Assembly (NCBI GenBank): GCA_051546255.1
Contig: CP128817.1
Span: forward strand, 682,001-746,000
Source of the DNA: Meyerozyma guilliermondii
Taxonomy: Eukaryota
DNA length: 64,000 nucleotides
Direction: 5' to 3'
Positions 8,081-18,000 of this stretch are shown here, one piece after another. The translations under genes were made by a program, and so were the position numbers. A model generated the notes under the pieces. It saw nothing but the letters and a program-made list of their open reading frames with translations. It did no database searches and was not told where the DNA came from. Within the stretch, counting starts at the first letter, position 1; the number at the start of each line of letters is the position of its first letter.

Positions 8081-10774
8081 CTACTCCTCGGTGTCACTTC
8101 CTTCTTGCAGAATAGGGGCAATGTCTCTCCTGTGACCAATATAACTGTATACCATGTCGATATATTTGCGGTTGGGGTCCAATTTTTTCCAGCTTCTTCT
8201 GATCCGTCCCAAGTCCATATTGCTTCGATCAAACTTGAATAGCTGAAGAATACTTAGCACTAGATCATAAAGAAATAGCACAATTACTCGGAAAATACCA
8301 TTTTCCATCTTTTCGTCTTGCGAGTGAACTTCCGATTCGGATTTGCCCGTCAACTTGACAATGACATCGTTTCTTTCGGCAGGGTCTACAAACACCTGAT
8401 AAAAGTAAGACAGCGTTACCAAGTTATCGATGAGCTTGATGAGTTTGGAATGGCATTGATCATTTACCTTGATGTTGAGCGATCTGGAATCTTCCTCCAA
8501 TTCATTGATACGTTTAGCCACTATTCTGCTTTCATATAAAAGCCTGTCAATGGTATCTCCCATATTGCCAATGGAGTACTTGAGATCTCCAGTCATGTTC
8601 TTGTCCCACATAACATTCTTTCTTTGTTGCATTTGTTTATAAGTATTGCTGAACTTTATCAATTCGTAATTCATCTGTTTGACCTGGCGGTTGATTTCCT
8701 GATCACCTATCTCCTCGGGAACATCCTTCTTAACACGATCTAAGATAAGTGCTTGTGCCATAACGTGCAAGTATTTGTCTGAGATCGCTTCAACTGTGGC
8801 CGTACCTGATTTGACCAGGTTGATGTGATTTTCCACCAATGAAAAACTATTTCTTCTCTTGAACCTTGTAGCTTGGTTGCACTTGACACGCTTGTCTGCC
8901 CGGTAAAACTCAAGAACATTGAGATTAATTTCGCCATGAGTGAATGGATACGAATTTCTGCGATTCAACTTGAACCTGAATTTATCTGTTGGCAGGGTGA
9001 TTTCTCTCAAGGAATTCTTGCGGCTTGAGATGGAAGTTCTATCACTTTCTCGCTCAATGCTGCTTTCAATTAGCGAGTCTGGTTGTAGCAAAGACGACAG
9101 CGTACCTCCTTCATGATGCTCAACACTTGGAGCTTTTTCCGAAAACTGATTTCTTCTAGATTGAAGCCCTAGTTTCACCTTGCTCAATCCCCTTGAATAT
9201 AATGAGTTGTCTGGGTAAGAGCCTGCTGTTAGGCCAAAACGGCCCTGGCTTATAGCTTCTTTCAATGTTACCACTTGATAATAACTATCAAAATTACTGG
9301 CATGTTGGTGACGATGATGGTGGTGGTGATGATGATGGTGGTGGTGATGATGATGGCGAGCGTCAGTCTTCGGAGCTGTGTCAGATATGTGCCAAAGTCT
9401 GTTCAAAACTTTTCCCGTTAAAAACTTTTGAGTCAACAAGCCAAGATCCAATGTTTCCACATCCACGGGACTAACAGTGTCCGCAAACTTGGCTATTCTG
9501 TTTCTGATACGGGCGCCTGATTTTGAATTGCTTGGATCCTCCAAATCACGGCTGGAGACCAAATGATCCGACACAGTATTCTTCACCACATTAGTGAGTT
9601 TTCGCAATTCCTTACTGTAGTAGTTTTTCGACTTTTTACTTGGGGTTGAATATGCCGAGCCGGAATCAGCATAAGATACAATTGACTTGTGACGAGGACT
9701 AAAATCAATGGAATCTTCAAGCAGCATATCTGGCATACTCTGGTTGTATGAGTACTTCGAGACATTGATTTTGGCGTTGGTTGAGTTGAAAAGTTTGGTG
9801 AGTGTTTCGAGGTCAAGTTTGCGGGTCTTGTCAAGCTTCGCCAGCCTTTGAAATTGGCCAATACAAAGCATAAACGACTCAAAATCAAACGGATCTTTTG
9901 GAACATCACTGCTTCCATAAATCTGAAGCCGTAACCTAATACTGAGTATCAAGCTAATGATAGCGGCCACGGTTCTGGGAGGTAATATACCCGATCTAGC
10001 ATTTGGTTTGGTGTTGAAATGAGGTAAACCGACCAAATTCCACCAATTATTTATTGCTTCTTCAGTTTTATCACAAAGCAAACCATCACAATAGCGAGCA
10101 TCAAGAAGCTCAAAGTAGAAGAGAGATATTTGGATGATATTCACTAGTTCTTTGATAGCGAAGCGAATCGGAACATTGTCATCGAGCACTCGATATACAT
10201 GACGAAACTTGTCCTCACAAGCGTCTGCTATTCTGCTGGAGATAAGCGACTGTGATCTGCCGCTACACTGTAGTTTTTTCAAGTTTGAGTTTAGTACAAA
10301 GTGATCTCGTACGGCGGCAGCATCTCCGTGGGGGATAGGAACCAAGGTCAAATTTGAAGGAAGTGCCGTTAAATTCGTAACGAAAAGAACCTGATTTGTA
10401 TCGTCGTCGTTTCCACTTGACTCCATTTTCATCAATTTGCCGTGGTTGACAACTATTTCGTTTAAATATTCTTGAAACTTGACTGGGTATTGCTTCAGTG
10501 GTTTGGTTAAAACCGTCAACTTCATTACCGAAACTTTGGAGGATTCATTTCCAGTAAATGTGGACACCACACTGCCAATCTTACGACTATTAGCCCATTG
10601 TTCGACTAGATAAATTTCGAAGCCGGAAACGGTGGTCTCCTCTAGAAGATGAAACTCATTGGAATTGACGAAACTTTTCTGAAAATACGATACTGCTTCA
10701 TGGTCAGGGAAGTAGTACGATATGAGTTCACCAGAACGAAGTCCCAGGGCTTGAGATGAACTGGTTTTCGACAT
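8081..10774 (-). CDS. STB2: Stb2/Stb6-family Sin3-binding protein
   Basis: GFEIYLVEQW, NSNLKKLQCSGRS, DGLLCDKTEEAINNWW, DVPKDPFD motifs typical of Stb2/Stb6; ATG at 10774. Confidence 0.8.
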   Translation of the reverse strand: MSKTSSSQALGLRSGELISYYFPDHEAVSYFQKSFVNSNEFHLLEETTVSGFEIYLVEQWANSRKIGSVVSTFTGNESSKVSVMKLTVLTKPLKQYPVKFQEYLNEIVVNHGKLMKMESSGNDDDTNQVLFVTNLTALPSNLTLVPIPHGDAAAVRDHFVLNSNLKKLQCSGRSQSLISSRIADACEDKFRHVYRVLDDNVPIRFAIKELVNIIQISLFYFELLDARYCDGLLCDKTEEAINNWWNLVGLPHFNTKPNARSGILPPRTVAAIISLILSIRLRLQIYGSSDVPKDPFDFESFMLCIGQFQRLAKLDKTRKLDLETLTKLFNSTNAKINVSKYSYNQSMPDMLLEDSIDFSPRHKSIVSYADSGSAYSTPSKKSKNYYSKELRKLTNVVKNTVSDHLVSSRDLEDPSNSKSGARIRNRIAKFADTVSPVDVETLDLGLLTQKFLTGKVLNRLWHISDTAPKTDARHHHHHHHHHHHHHHRHQHASNFDSYYQVVTLKEAISQGRFGLTAGSYPDNSLYSRGLSKVKLGLQSRRNQFSEKAPSVEHHEGGTLSSLLQPDSLIESSIERESDRTSISSRKNSLREITLPTDKFRFKLNRRNSYPFTHGEINLNVLEFYRADKRVKCNQATRFKRRNSFSLVENHINLVKSGTATVEAISDKYLHVMAQALILDRVKKDVPEEIGDQEINRQVKQMNYELIKFSNTYKQMQQRKNVMWDKNMTGDLKYSIGNMGDTIDRLLYESRIVAKRINELEEDSRSLNIKVNDQCHSKLIKLIDNLVTLSYFYQVFVDPAERNDVIVKLTGKSESEVHSQDEKMENGIFRVIVLFLYDLVLSILQLFKFDRSNMDLGRIRRSWKKLDPNRKYIDMVYSYIGHRRDIAPILQEGSDTEE
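9314..9355 (-). repeat. Poly-His (14) coding microsatellite (CAT)3(CAC)3(CAT)3(CAC)3(CAT)2
   Basis: Read directly; in frame in STB2. Confidence 0.95.
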
Positions 10775-11392
10775 CAAAGACGTCCAGCGTCTATGGGGCT
10801 AACACTTCCTCAGCCGATTCAGCCCACGCTACATCCTTGCACCAGCCAAGGCCTGTTTGGAGTGCGATTGCGATACAAAATCGGGATGGGCCGAATTAAA
10901 GGGTGCGAAAGCAGGACGAGGGAAAAGTAAGATCGAAAGTGAAGAACGTAAGTGAAGAAAGTGGGGTGTACCAATGCGGTTACCATACGCTATCAAAGAT
11001 CTATGCATGATGCAGGGTGATGCCTCAGATTATGCATCTATAATTGGCCAATTGCATTCTATCGTCGTTGCAGCTTTGTGCCTGATATCATACGAATCAA
11101 GATGTATTTGCGATAACTTTTTTCACACCTGTGATATCAGGATATCTGGCCGAGCGCGGGCCGTTTTGCACGTAGATTTTCAAATGAAATTTTTCGCACG
11201 GCGCGATAGGGGAACAATGCAGGAACAAGCTTCAGCCATTACGGAAATGATCCGCTCAATCCATTGTCAGGTACCCTTCGAGGACCAAGAAAGAACACCC
11301 CATTAAAATACAAAAATCATTAATTTCAGTGAATCTCTCCATTCCGAATTGAAACCGATCACGATGATTGTTCTTGGCGGGGTATGTCTCGA

Positions 11393-11473
11393 TCACGTGA
11401 GCTGCGGCGCTCCTCTTATCGGTTATCGCATCGATTGCTGCAATCTTGCAGAGACCGTCAGGGAAATATATAA
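11393..11473 (+). promoter_or_regulatory. Permease promoter: TCACGTGA E-box, two GATAA sites and TATA box
   Basis: TCACGTGA 11393-11400, CTTATC 11415-11420, TTATC 11423-11427, TATATAA 11467-11473, 33 bp before the ATG. Confidence 0.55.
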
Positions 11474-11505
11474 GTTGCCTGCATCATCTAAAAGTTCAAA
11501 CCAAA

Positions 11506-13263
11506 ATGACCACGGAAGAGCACTTAAAAACAGTGTCCGTAACCTCGGAGCAGGTGGATGATGCTTCTTCTGATGACTCTACCAAGCCTACTTTATGGCG
11601 GCGGATTGTCAACTACGTCCAAATTGACGGTCAGTCGGATCTCACCGCCGCTCAATTGTACCTTTTCAACTACGATTTGAAGCCTGTTGAGAAGGATAGA
11701 CGGTTGTGGTCGTGGTTCAATTTTGTCTTTTTCTGGATTGCTGACTCGTTCAATATCAACACCTGGCAAATTGCAGCTACTGGAGTACAAGCCGGAATGA
11801 CCTGGTGGCAAACTTGGCTCTCTGTGTGGCTTGGGTACCTCATGTGTGGTGTTTTTATCACTATTGGTGCTCGTATTGGTGTTTTTTACCATGTATCCTT
11901 CCCAGTTGCAGCCAGAAGTTCGTTTGGAATTTATGGCAGTTTATGGCCAATTATCAACCGTGTATTCATGTCGTTGATCTGGTACAGCGTCCAGTGTTCT
12001 GTTGCTGGGCCTTGTATCGAAATCATGTTGAGAGCCATTTTCTCCAAAAACTTGTACGAGAAAATCGGCAGTGACAATTCCGAGTTTTTGGGATTCTTTT
12101 TGTTCTGGTTGTTCTCATTGCCGGCAATCTGGTTCCCTCCTCATCAAATCAGACACTTGTTCACCTTTAAGGCATACGTTGTTCCGGTTGCTGGTATCAC
12201 ATTCTTGATCTGGACCCTAATCAAAGCTCATGGTGCTGGACCTGTCATCCACAAAAAGTCCGAAAAAGAAGGCTCCGAATTAGCTTGGCTCTTTGTGGAA
12301 TCAACCATGAATGCTTTGGCCAATTTTGCAACTTTGATCGTAAATGCACCTGATTTTGCTCGTTTTGCCGACAAGCCTTCGTTCGGAATCAAATATTTGG
12401 TCCACACTGTTTCCGTGCCATTATGTTTTTCCATAACAGCCTTGATTGGTATTTTGGTAGGTTCAGCATCCGAAGTTCTTTATGGCGAACCAACATGGTC
12501 TCCATTGGATGTTTTGGACAATTTCCTCAACAACTACACTCCAGGAAACAGAGCTGGTTCTTTCTTCCTTGCATTGGCGTTTGCGTTGGCCCAATTGGGT
12601 ACCAATATCTCAGCCAATTCGTTGTCTTTTGGAACCGATGTCACGGCAGTTCTTCCCAGATTTCTCAACATTAGAAGAGGTGGATACATTTGTGCCATTC
12701 TTGCTTTGGCGATTTATCCAGCCAAATTAAACTCTTCGGCGAGTAAATTCACCACCTACTTGTCAGCTTACTCGGTATTCTTGTCGTCAATTGCCGGTGT
12801 CGTTGCTTGTGACTACTTCTTTGTCAGACGTGGTTACATCAAGTTGTCTCACCTTTATTCACTTTTCGCTCCAGAAGATCCTTCCCAGCCCTCTGTCTAC
12901 AAGTACAATAAAGTTGGAATCAACTGGAGAGCATTTGTGGCTTACCTTTGTGGTATTGTTCCCAATATAACTGGGTTTGTTGGTGCAGTTCGTCCAGACG
13001 AGAACATTCCTATTGGAGCAACAGAAGTTTATCGTCTCAATTTTTTCATGGGTTTCTTCTCGTCCTTTATCATCTACGCTACTCTAGTACATTTTTTCCC
13101 CATTCCTGGCACTCCAAGCATCAAAACGTTTGAGAAAGGATGGTTCGAGGAATGGCAGGAGGTGGAAGATTTTGAAGATGAAATCAGAGGCCACGTTGTT
13201 CACGAGGGCATTGAAAAGTCTATGTCGTTTACTTCGGGGTCTGCTTCCAGAAAATACGTATAG
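11506..13263 (+). CDS. NCS1-family nucleobase permease (Fur4/Dal4/Fui1 group; uracil or allantoin)
   Basis: LFNYDLKPV...R.WSWFNFVFFWIADSFNINTWQIA, NFATLIVNAPDFARF, QLGTNISANS; about 12 hydrophobic segments; ATG at 11506. Confidence 0.92.
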   Translation: MTTEEHLKTVSVTSEQVDDASSDDSTKPTLWRRIVNYVQIDGQSDLTAAQLYLFNYDLKPVEKDRRLWSWFNFVFFWIADSFNINTWQIAATGVQAGMTWWQTWLSVWLGYLMCGVFITIGARIGVFYHVSFPVAARSSFGIYGSLWPIINRVFMSLIWYSVQCSVAGPCIEIMLRAIFSKNLYEKIGSDNSEFLGFFLFWLFSLPAIWFPPHQIRHLFTFKAYVVPVAGITFLIWTLIKAHGAGPVIHKKSEKEGSELAWLFVESTMNALANFATLIVNAPDFARFADKPSFGIKYLVHTVSVPLCFSITALIGILVGSASEVLYGEPTWSPLDVLDNFLNNYTPGNRAGSFFLALAFALAQLGTNISANSLSFGTDVTAVLPRFLNIRRGGYICAILALAIYPAKLNSSASKFTTYLSAYSVFLSSIAGVVACDYFFVRRGYIKLSHLYSLFAPEDPSQPSVYKYNKVGINWRAFVAYLCGIVPNITGFVGAVRPDENIPIGATEVYRLNFFMGFFSSFIIYATLVHFFPIPGTPSIKTFEKGWFEEWQEVEDFEDEIRGHVVHEGIEKSMSFTSGSASRKYV

Positions 13264-13369
13264 CAGCTGGCTGCTACAAGCAGTGTGTATATTAATCAAT
13301 TTTTACTGTGTCTGAATCTGTTCTCTCTTCGCACTTTTTGATTTGCGATTTGTTCCTCGGCTCGATTTG

Positions 13370-14854
13370 ATGAATTTGCAGCGAATCGTACGCCGGCACT
13401 ATGCCACTTCTTTGGAAACGTCCAAGAAGGCATTACGTGATACCACACCCATTCCGAAACTACCGTTGAGTGCTGGATGGGCAATCTGGTGGAGATCGCT
13501 CAAAAAATCAAATCTTCAAATTCTTCAAAACAACCTCATACAGTTGATGGTTCCAAAGTCGAACAAGGAAAACCAAAATTTCACCATAGAGAATAAAAAA
13601 GTGAAAATAGATGAGGAGGGCAACTACTTGAATGAGGTCTGCTTCTCTATTGGCACCAATCGGCCCGGTCCGGCCAAGGAAGTGGCCATTCTCCATGGCT
13701 ATGGAGCATCGTTGGGCTGCTTTGCAAGGAACTTTCAACTCATCAACAAGTTTTCGGATTATGAACACCCAGTGAAAATCCATTTCTTAGACAATCTCTC
13801 GTTCGGTCTTTCTTCGAATCCAAAAATTAAGTCTTCTCGAATCAGCCACTGGAAAATTCCTCAAACCCCCAAGATGATTCTCAATGATCCGGACCAGCCC
13901 ACAGACCCTAAGAAACTCTACAACAAGTACTACAAGTTGATAGACTCGTTTGAGATGGATGCTGAAGAGTTTAGCAAATACAAGGACAAATTTCAGCCAA
14001 TTATGAAAGACTTGGAAAACTACTATCTTTCAGCAATTGACCTGTGGAGAAAAGCTTCGAATATAAACGCACTCGATCTTTTGGTTGGCCATTCCTATGG
14101 TGGTTACTGGGCAGGCTCCTATGCTGTGAGGTATCCTCGGTGCGTTAAGCAGCTAGTATTGTTATCTCCTGTTGGTGTCGAGCGCCATGCTAATGCCGTA
14201 ACGAAACCACTCACCGGATCCAAAGGCTTACAGACGATTAAGCCGTCATTGGACCCCACATCCTATACCTTTTTGTCAAGACTCCCAATCTTATCCAAGC
14301 AGACGATTTGGAAATGGTATTATTTGCAGCCATTTTTACCTCGCTTACTCAAGTGGATGGGACCATGGGGCGTGCAAAAGTACTATGATATGTGGTACAT
14401 GAAACTTTTTAAAATTAACAAGTTGATAGAAAAGCATGGTGGACCCGAAAAAATGCTCAAAAATGAAAATGACGTTGTCTACGGCACAAATCAGGAAATT
14501 CACACCATCATTGAGTACTTGTATAACTCCATTACCAATGGAACTTATTCGGATATCTACGTCAAAAACCTACTTACTCCAAGCACAAACAGCAAGTATC
14601 CCTTGTATGACAAGCTAATGGAGTTTTATTCAACCAGCGACTCGGCAAATGGCCCAAGTGCTGTCCATTTTCTTTACGGACAATACGATTTCATGAATAA
14701 GGAAGCTGGTGAAAAATTGGTGAAAGCCATCAACGCTTCGCAAGAGAATACCGCTCACTTTCATAGCGTTAGCGAAGGGGGCCACAACCTCTACATTGAC
14801 AATCCGTTCGAGGTAAACGATCTCATACACAACATTTTGGTTGCGAAACGTTAA
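13370..14854 (+). CDS. Mitochondrial-type alpha/beta-hydrolase of the Ecm18/Ict1/Cld1 family
   Basis: LHGYGAS, GHSYGG nucleophile elbow, LLSPVGVE, GGHNLYIDNP (HX4D); Arg-rich N-terminus from ATG 13370. Confidence 0.85.
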   Translation: MNLQRIVRRHYATSLETSKKALRDTTPIPKLPLSAGWAIWWRSLKKSNLQILQNNLIQLMVPKSNKENQNFTIENKKVKIDEEGNYLNEVCFSIGTNRPGPAKEVAILHGYGASLGCFARNFQLINKFSDYEHPVKIHFLDNLSFGLSSNPKIKSSRISHWKIPQTPKMILNDPDQPTDPKKLYNKYYKLIDSFEMDAEEFSKYKDKFQPIMKDLENYYLSAIDLWRKASNINALDLLVGHSYGGYWAGSYAVRYPRCVKQLVLLSPVGVERHANAVTKPLTGSKGLQTIKPSLDPTSYTFLSRLPILSKQTIWKWYYLQPFLPRLLKWMGPWGVQKYYDMWYMKLFKINKLIEKHGGPEKMLKNENDVVYGTNQEIHTIIEYLYNSITNGTYSDIYVKNLLTPSTNSKYPLYDKLMEFYSTSDSANGPSAVHFLYGQYDFMNKEAGEKLVKAINASQENTAHFHSVSEGGHNLYIDNPFEVNDLIHNILVAKR

Positions 14855-15151
14855 AGTTTCCTTGCTCGAAATTTCATTCGCAACGGCCACCTAGATCCCC
14901 GCACAGTATTTATTAGAATTATAGAATATAAGGTTTATACGGCTCATGGACCGTCCCAATTGCGCTCTCGAAATATGTGCGGTACCGTTGCTCTCGTTTA
15001 GTCGGACGATACGTTGCTCCGTCCCGGTTATTTCACTTCCTAATGCGGTAATATGGGGAAAACATGAGCCGCACGATACTTCATGTAAGTTCATGCCTGA
15101 GCGACTTCCTGCGAGTATATAAGAAAGTAACAAGAAACTCCATTGTTAAAG

Positions 15152-17071
15152 ATGCTTAGAACATTATTCTTCTTCATCTGGGCAGCGTTTGTTGTCGCAA
15201 GATCTCCAACCGGTGGGTATGCACCAGGCACAGTAGCTTGTCCCAAAGGTGTCAAATCTTTCATCCGAGAAGGTAACACTATTTCTAATGAAGAAAAAGA
15301 CTGGATTAAGGAGCGACATAAGATAACCGACCAGGCATTGGCCGAGTTTTTGAAGTCGGTGAACATGACAGACTTCGACGTTGATGAGTTTATGACAAAA
15401 AATTCTTCGCTGCTGGTGAACATCGCAGTGTCGGTATCTGGAGGTGGTTACCGATCCATGTTAACCGGAGCAGGACAAGTTGCTGCTCTTGATAATAGAA
15501 CACAGGATGCTCTGGAAGTAGGTTTGGGTGGAATACTTCAGAGTTCGACCTATTTTGCCGGACTTTCAGGTGGAGCATGGTTGGTGGGTTCGTTGACGAT
15601 GCAAGATTTTGCCAGTGTTGACCAAATTGTATTTGAAGATCCAGATGATTTGTGGAATCTTACCGAGACTCGCCAATTGCCCAACACCACGTCCCTCTGG
15701 AAAGTTATATATCCTGCTATTCGCTTGGATGCCATTGGAGTATTGTCACACATTAACAATTGGAACAACGGCATTCAGCTGGACCTTGAGAAAAAAGAAG
15801 CAGCTGGGTACGAAACCACTATCACTGATGCTTGGGGTAGAGCATTAGCTTTCCAGCTTTTTCCCAAAGGCAAAGACAACCATGGAGCAGCCACTACCTG
15901 GTCTGATATTCGCGATCTCAATGCCTTCAAGAACCATGAAATGCCGTTCCCCATTCTAGTTTCATTAGCACGCCAGCCAGATTCGATCTTTTACAGTTTG
16001 AATTCGACGGTCGTGGAAGCTAATCCGTTCGAAATGGGCTCCTTTGATACGGATCTCAACACGTTTGTGGATATCAAGTACCTTGGCACCAACCTTGTTG
16101 ATGGTAAGAGTAACGGAAGTTGTGTTGCTGGTTATGACAACGCTGGCTTTATGATTGGAACCTCTTCTTCTCTTTTCAACCAGTTCCTTTATACTCTTGT
16201 TTGCGAGGAATGTAAGCTAGTTGGAAAGCCATTTGATTATGTCTTGAAACCCATTTTGAAGAGATTTCTCTTGAAGATATCTTCTGACAAAGACGATGTT
16301 GCCGTTGTGAAACCCAATCCTTTTTACCACTCCAGATACGGTACGGATAACAATATTACCACAGACGAGTCACTCGTACTCTTCGACGGTGGACTTGGAG
16401 GAGAGACAATTCCTCTTTCTAACCTTATGACAAAGGAACGGAAACTCGATGCGGTTTTTGCTTTCGACAATGCTAACTGGCCCAATGGATCCTCCTTGGT
16501 TGATGCGTACCTGAGACAATTCGTAGACAAGGGCGAGTCGTCTCTTTGTCCATACGTACCCGATGCCATATCTTTCATGCAACAAAATTTGACTGCAAAG
16601 CCAACTTTTTTCGGTTGTGATGCCAAGAACCTTACTGACTTGGCAAAGGACGGTGTTGTTCCACCATTAGTCATCTACCTCGCAAACCGTCCCTACGAGT
16701 TTTTGTCAAATACCTCAACTTTTCAAAACTCTTATACTGACCAAGAAAAGAAAGCAATGATTCAAAACGGATTCGACATCACTTCTCGTCTCAACGGAAC
16801 CATTGACGAGGAGTACAGAGCGTGTATTGGCTGTGCCGTGATCAGAAGAGAACAAGAACGTTTGGGACAACAGCAGACCGACCAATGCAAAAAGTGCTTC
16901 AAACGCTACTGTTGGGATGGTACCATTAGTCGAATGAATACCACCAATTACTCTCCTCCAGTCAATTTCACTAATAGTGGGCTCACGAACAGATCCATGG
17001 ATGTACCCACACTTAAAATCAACGAGTCACCAAAAAGCTCGTTTTCAATATTTAGTCTTTTCAAGATTTAA
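15152..17071 (+). CDS. PLB: Secreted lysophospholipase / phospholipase B
   Basis: Signal peptide then SPTGGYAPGTVACP, SGGGYRSML, GLSGGAW, DGG catalytic motifs, C-terminal CFKRYCWDG; no obvious GPI tail; TATATAA at ~15117. Confidence 0.95.
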   Translation: MLRTLFFFIWAAFVVARSPTGGYAPGTVACPKGVKSFIREGNTISNEEKDWIKERHKITDQALAEFLKSVNMTDFDVDEFMTKNSSLLVNIAVSVSGGGYRSMLTGAGQVAALDNRTQDALEVGLGGILQSSTYFAGLSGGAWLVGSLTMQDFASVDQIVFEDPDDLWNLTETRQLPNTTSLWKVIYPAIRLDAIGVLSHINNWNNGIQLDLEKKEAAGYETTITDAWGRALAFQLFPKGKDNHGAATTWSDIRDLNAFKNHEMPFPILVSLARQPDSIFYSLNSTVVEANPFEMGSFDTDLNTFVDIKYLGTNLVDGKSNGSCVAGYDNAGFMIGTSSSLFNQFLYTLVCEECKLVGKPFDYVLKPILKRFLLKISSDKDDVAVVKPNPFYHSRYGTDNNITTDESLVLFDGGLGGETIPLSNLMTKERKLDAVFAFDNANWPNGSSLVDAYLRQFVDKGESSLCPYVPDAISFMQQNLTAKPTFFGCDAKNLTDLAKDGVVPPLVIYLANRPYEFLSNTSTFQNSYTDQEKKAMIQNGFDITSRLNGTIDEEYRACIGCAVIRREQERLGQQQTDQCKKCFKRYCWDGTISRMNTTNYSPPVNFTNSGLTNRSMDVPTLKINESPKSSFSIFSLFKI

Positions 17072-17083
17072 TTGATACCATTT

Positions 17084-17186
17084 TGCACCCATAACACTGT
17101 ACACACACCCCGCTACTGTATATAATCTGTCCAATTGGGTCACGCCCGTGAATGATTATTCCCTGCTTAAATGTGCGATTACGTCA
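17084..17186. promoter_or_regulatory. NFU1 upstream motifs: Aft-type TGCACCC, palindromic CCAAT box, CRE-like site
   Basis: TGCACCC 17084-17090, CACACCC 17104-17110, CCAATTGG 17131-17138, TTACGTCA 17179-17186. Confidence 0.45.
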
Positions 17187-17235
17187 GCGTGGGGATGATA
17201 TAAAAATGAATTAGTAACGAGAATCTGTTGCAAAC

Positions 17236-17970
17236 ATGACGGTTATAAGGCTGTTGAATAAATTCTCAACTCCAAAAGTTTTCGCAAGGTTTTTGACCTT
17301 CCAAACCCTTTCTACACCCAATGAGAATGCGTTGAAGTTTGTGTCGCCTACAAAAATAGTCCCTATGGAAAACAAGACGTTTGAGTTCACTTCTTCACTT
17401 CAAGCTGTTCATTCTCCTTTGGCGTTAAAATTGTTCAAACTTCCAGGTGTAAGGTCGGTGATGTTGGGCCCGGACTTTCTTACCGTGAATAAGCAAGATC
17501 ATGTAAACTGGGCTCATTTGAGGCCGGAAGTGCTGTCGTTGCTCGATAAGTTTTTGACAGAAAAACAAGAACCAGTCATCACAAAAGAGTTGATAGAAGC
17601 CACTGAAAAGGAAGCTGCTGAAGCGGATGCAGATGACCTGGAAATTGTGAGCATGATTAAAGAATTGATAGAAACGAGAATAAGACCTGCTATTCAGGAT
17701 GATGGTGGAGATATCGAGTATAAAGCATTTGATGAAGAAACAGGAACTGTTTTTTTGAAGCTTCAAGGTGCATGCAAGTCTTGCTCCGCGAGCGAAGATA
17801 CCCTTAAGCATGGCATAGAATCGATGTTGAAACATTATGTTGAAGAAGTACAGGAAGTGGAGCAGATATTGGATCCCGAAGAAGAGATCGCCTTGAAAGA
17901 ATTTGAGCGTCTCGAACAGAATCTCAAGTCCAAGAAGAATGCTGAAGCTCTGCCTCCACCTTCCTTATGA
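17236..17970 (+). CDS. NFU1: Mitochondrial Fe-S cluster carrier Nfu1
   Basis: TPNENALKF N-domain; TRIRPAIQDDGGDIEY and LQGACKSC (CxxC) NifU C-domain. Confidence 0.96.
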   Translation: MTVIRLLNKFSTPKVFARFLTFQTLSTPNENALKFVSPTKIVPMENKTFEFTSSLQAVHSPLALKLFKLPGVRSVMLGPDFLTVNKQDHVNWAHLRPEVLSLLDKFLTEKQEPVITKELIEATEKEAAEADADDLEIVSMIKELIETRIRPAIQDDGGDIEYKAFDEETGTVFLKLQGACKSCSASEDTLKHGIESMLKHYVEEVQEVEQILDPEEEIALKEFERLEQNLKSKKNAEALPPPSL

Positions 17971-18000
17971 TTTACTTGCATTTGTATGTACATTACGAGT

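Noticed and set aside
10974..11306. 110-aa ORF between STB2 and the permease
   Set aside because: No recognisable motif; lies in a promoter rich in regulatory sites; likely spurious.
11382..11387. GTATGT donor-like site upstream of the permease
   Set aside because: No branchpoint/acceptor follows and it lies upstream of the TATA box.
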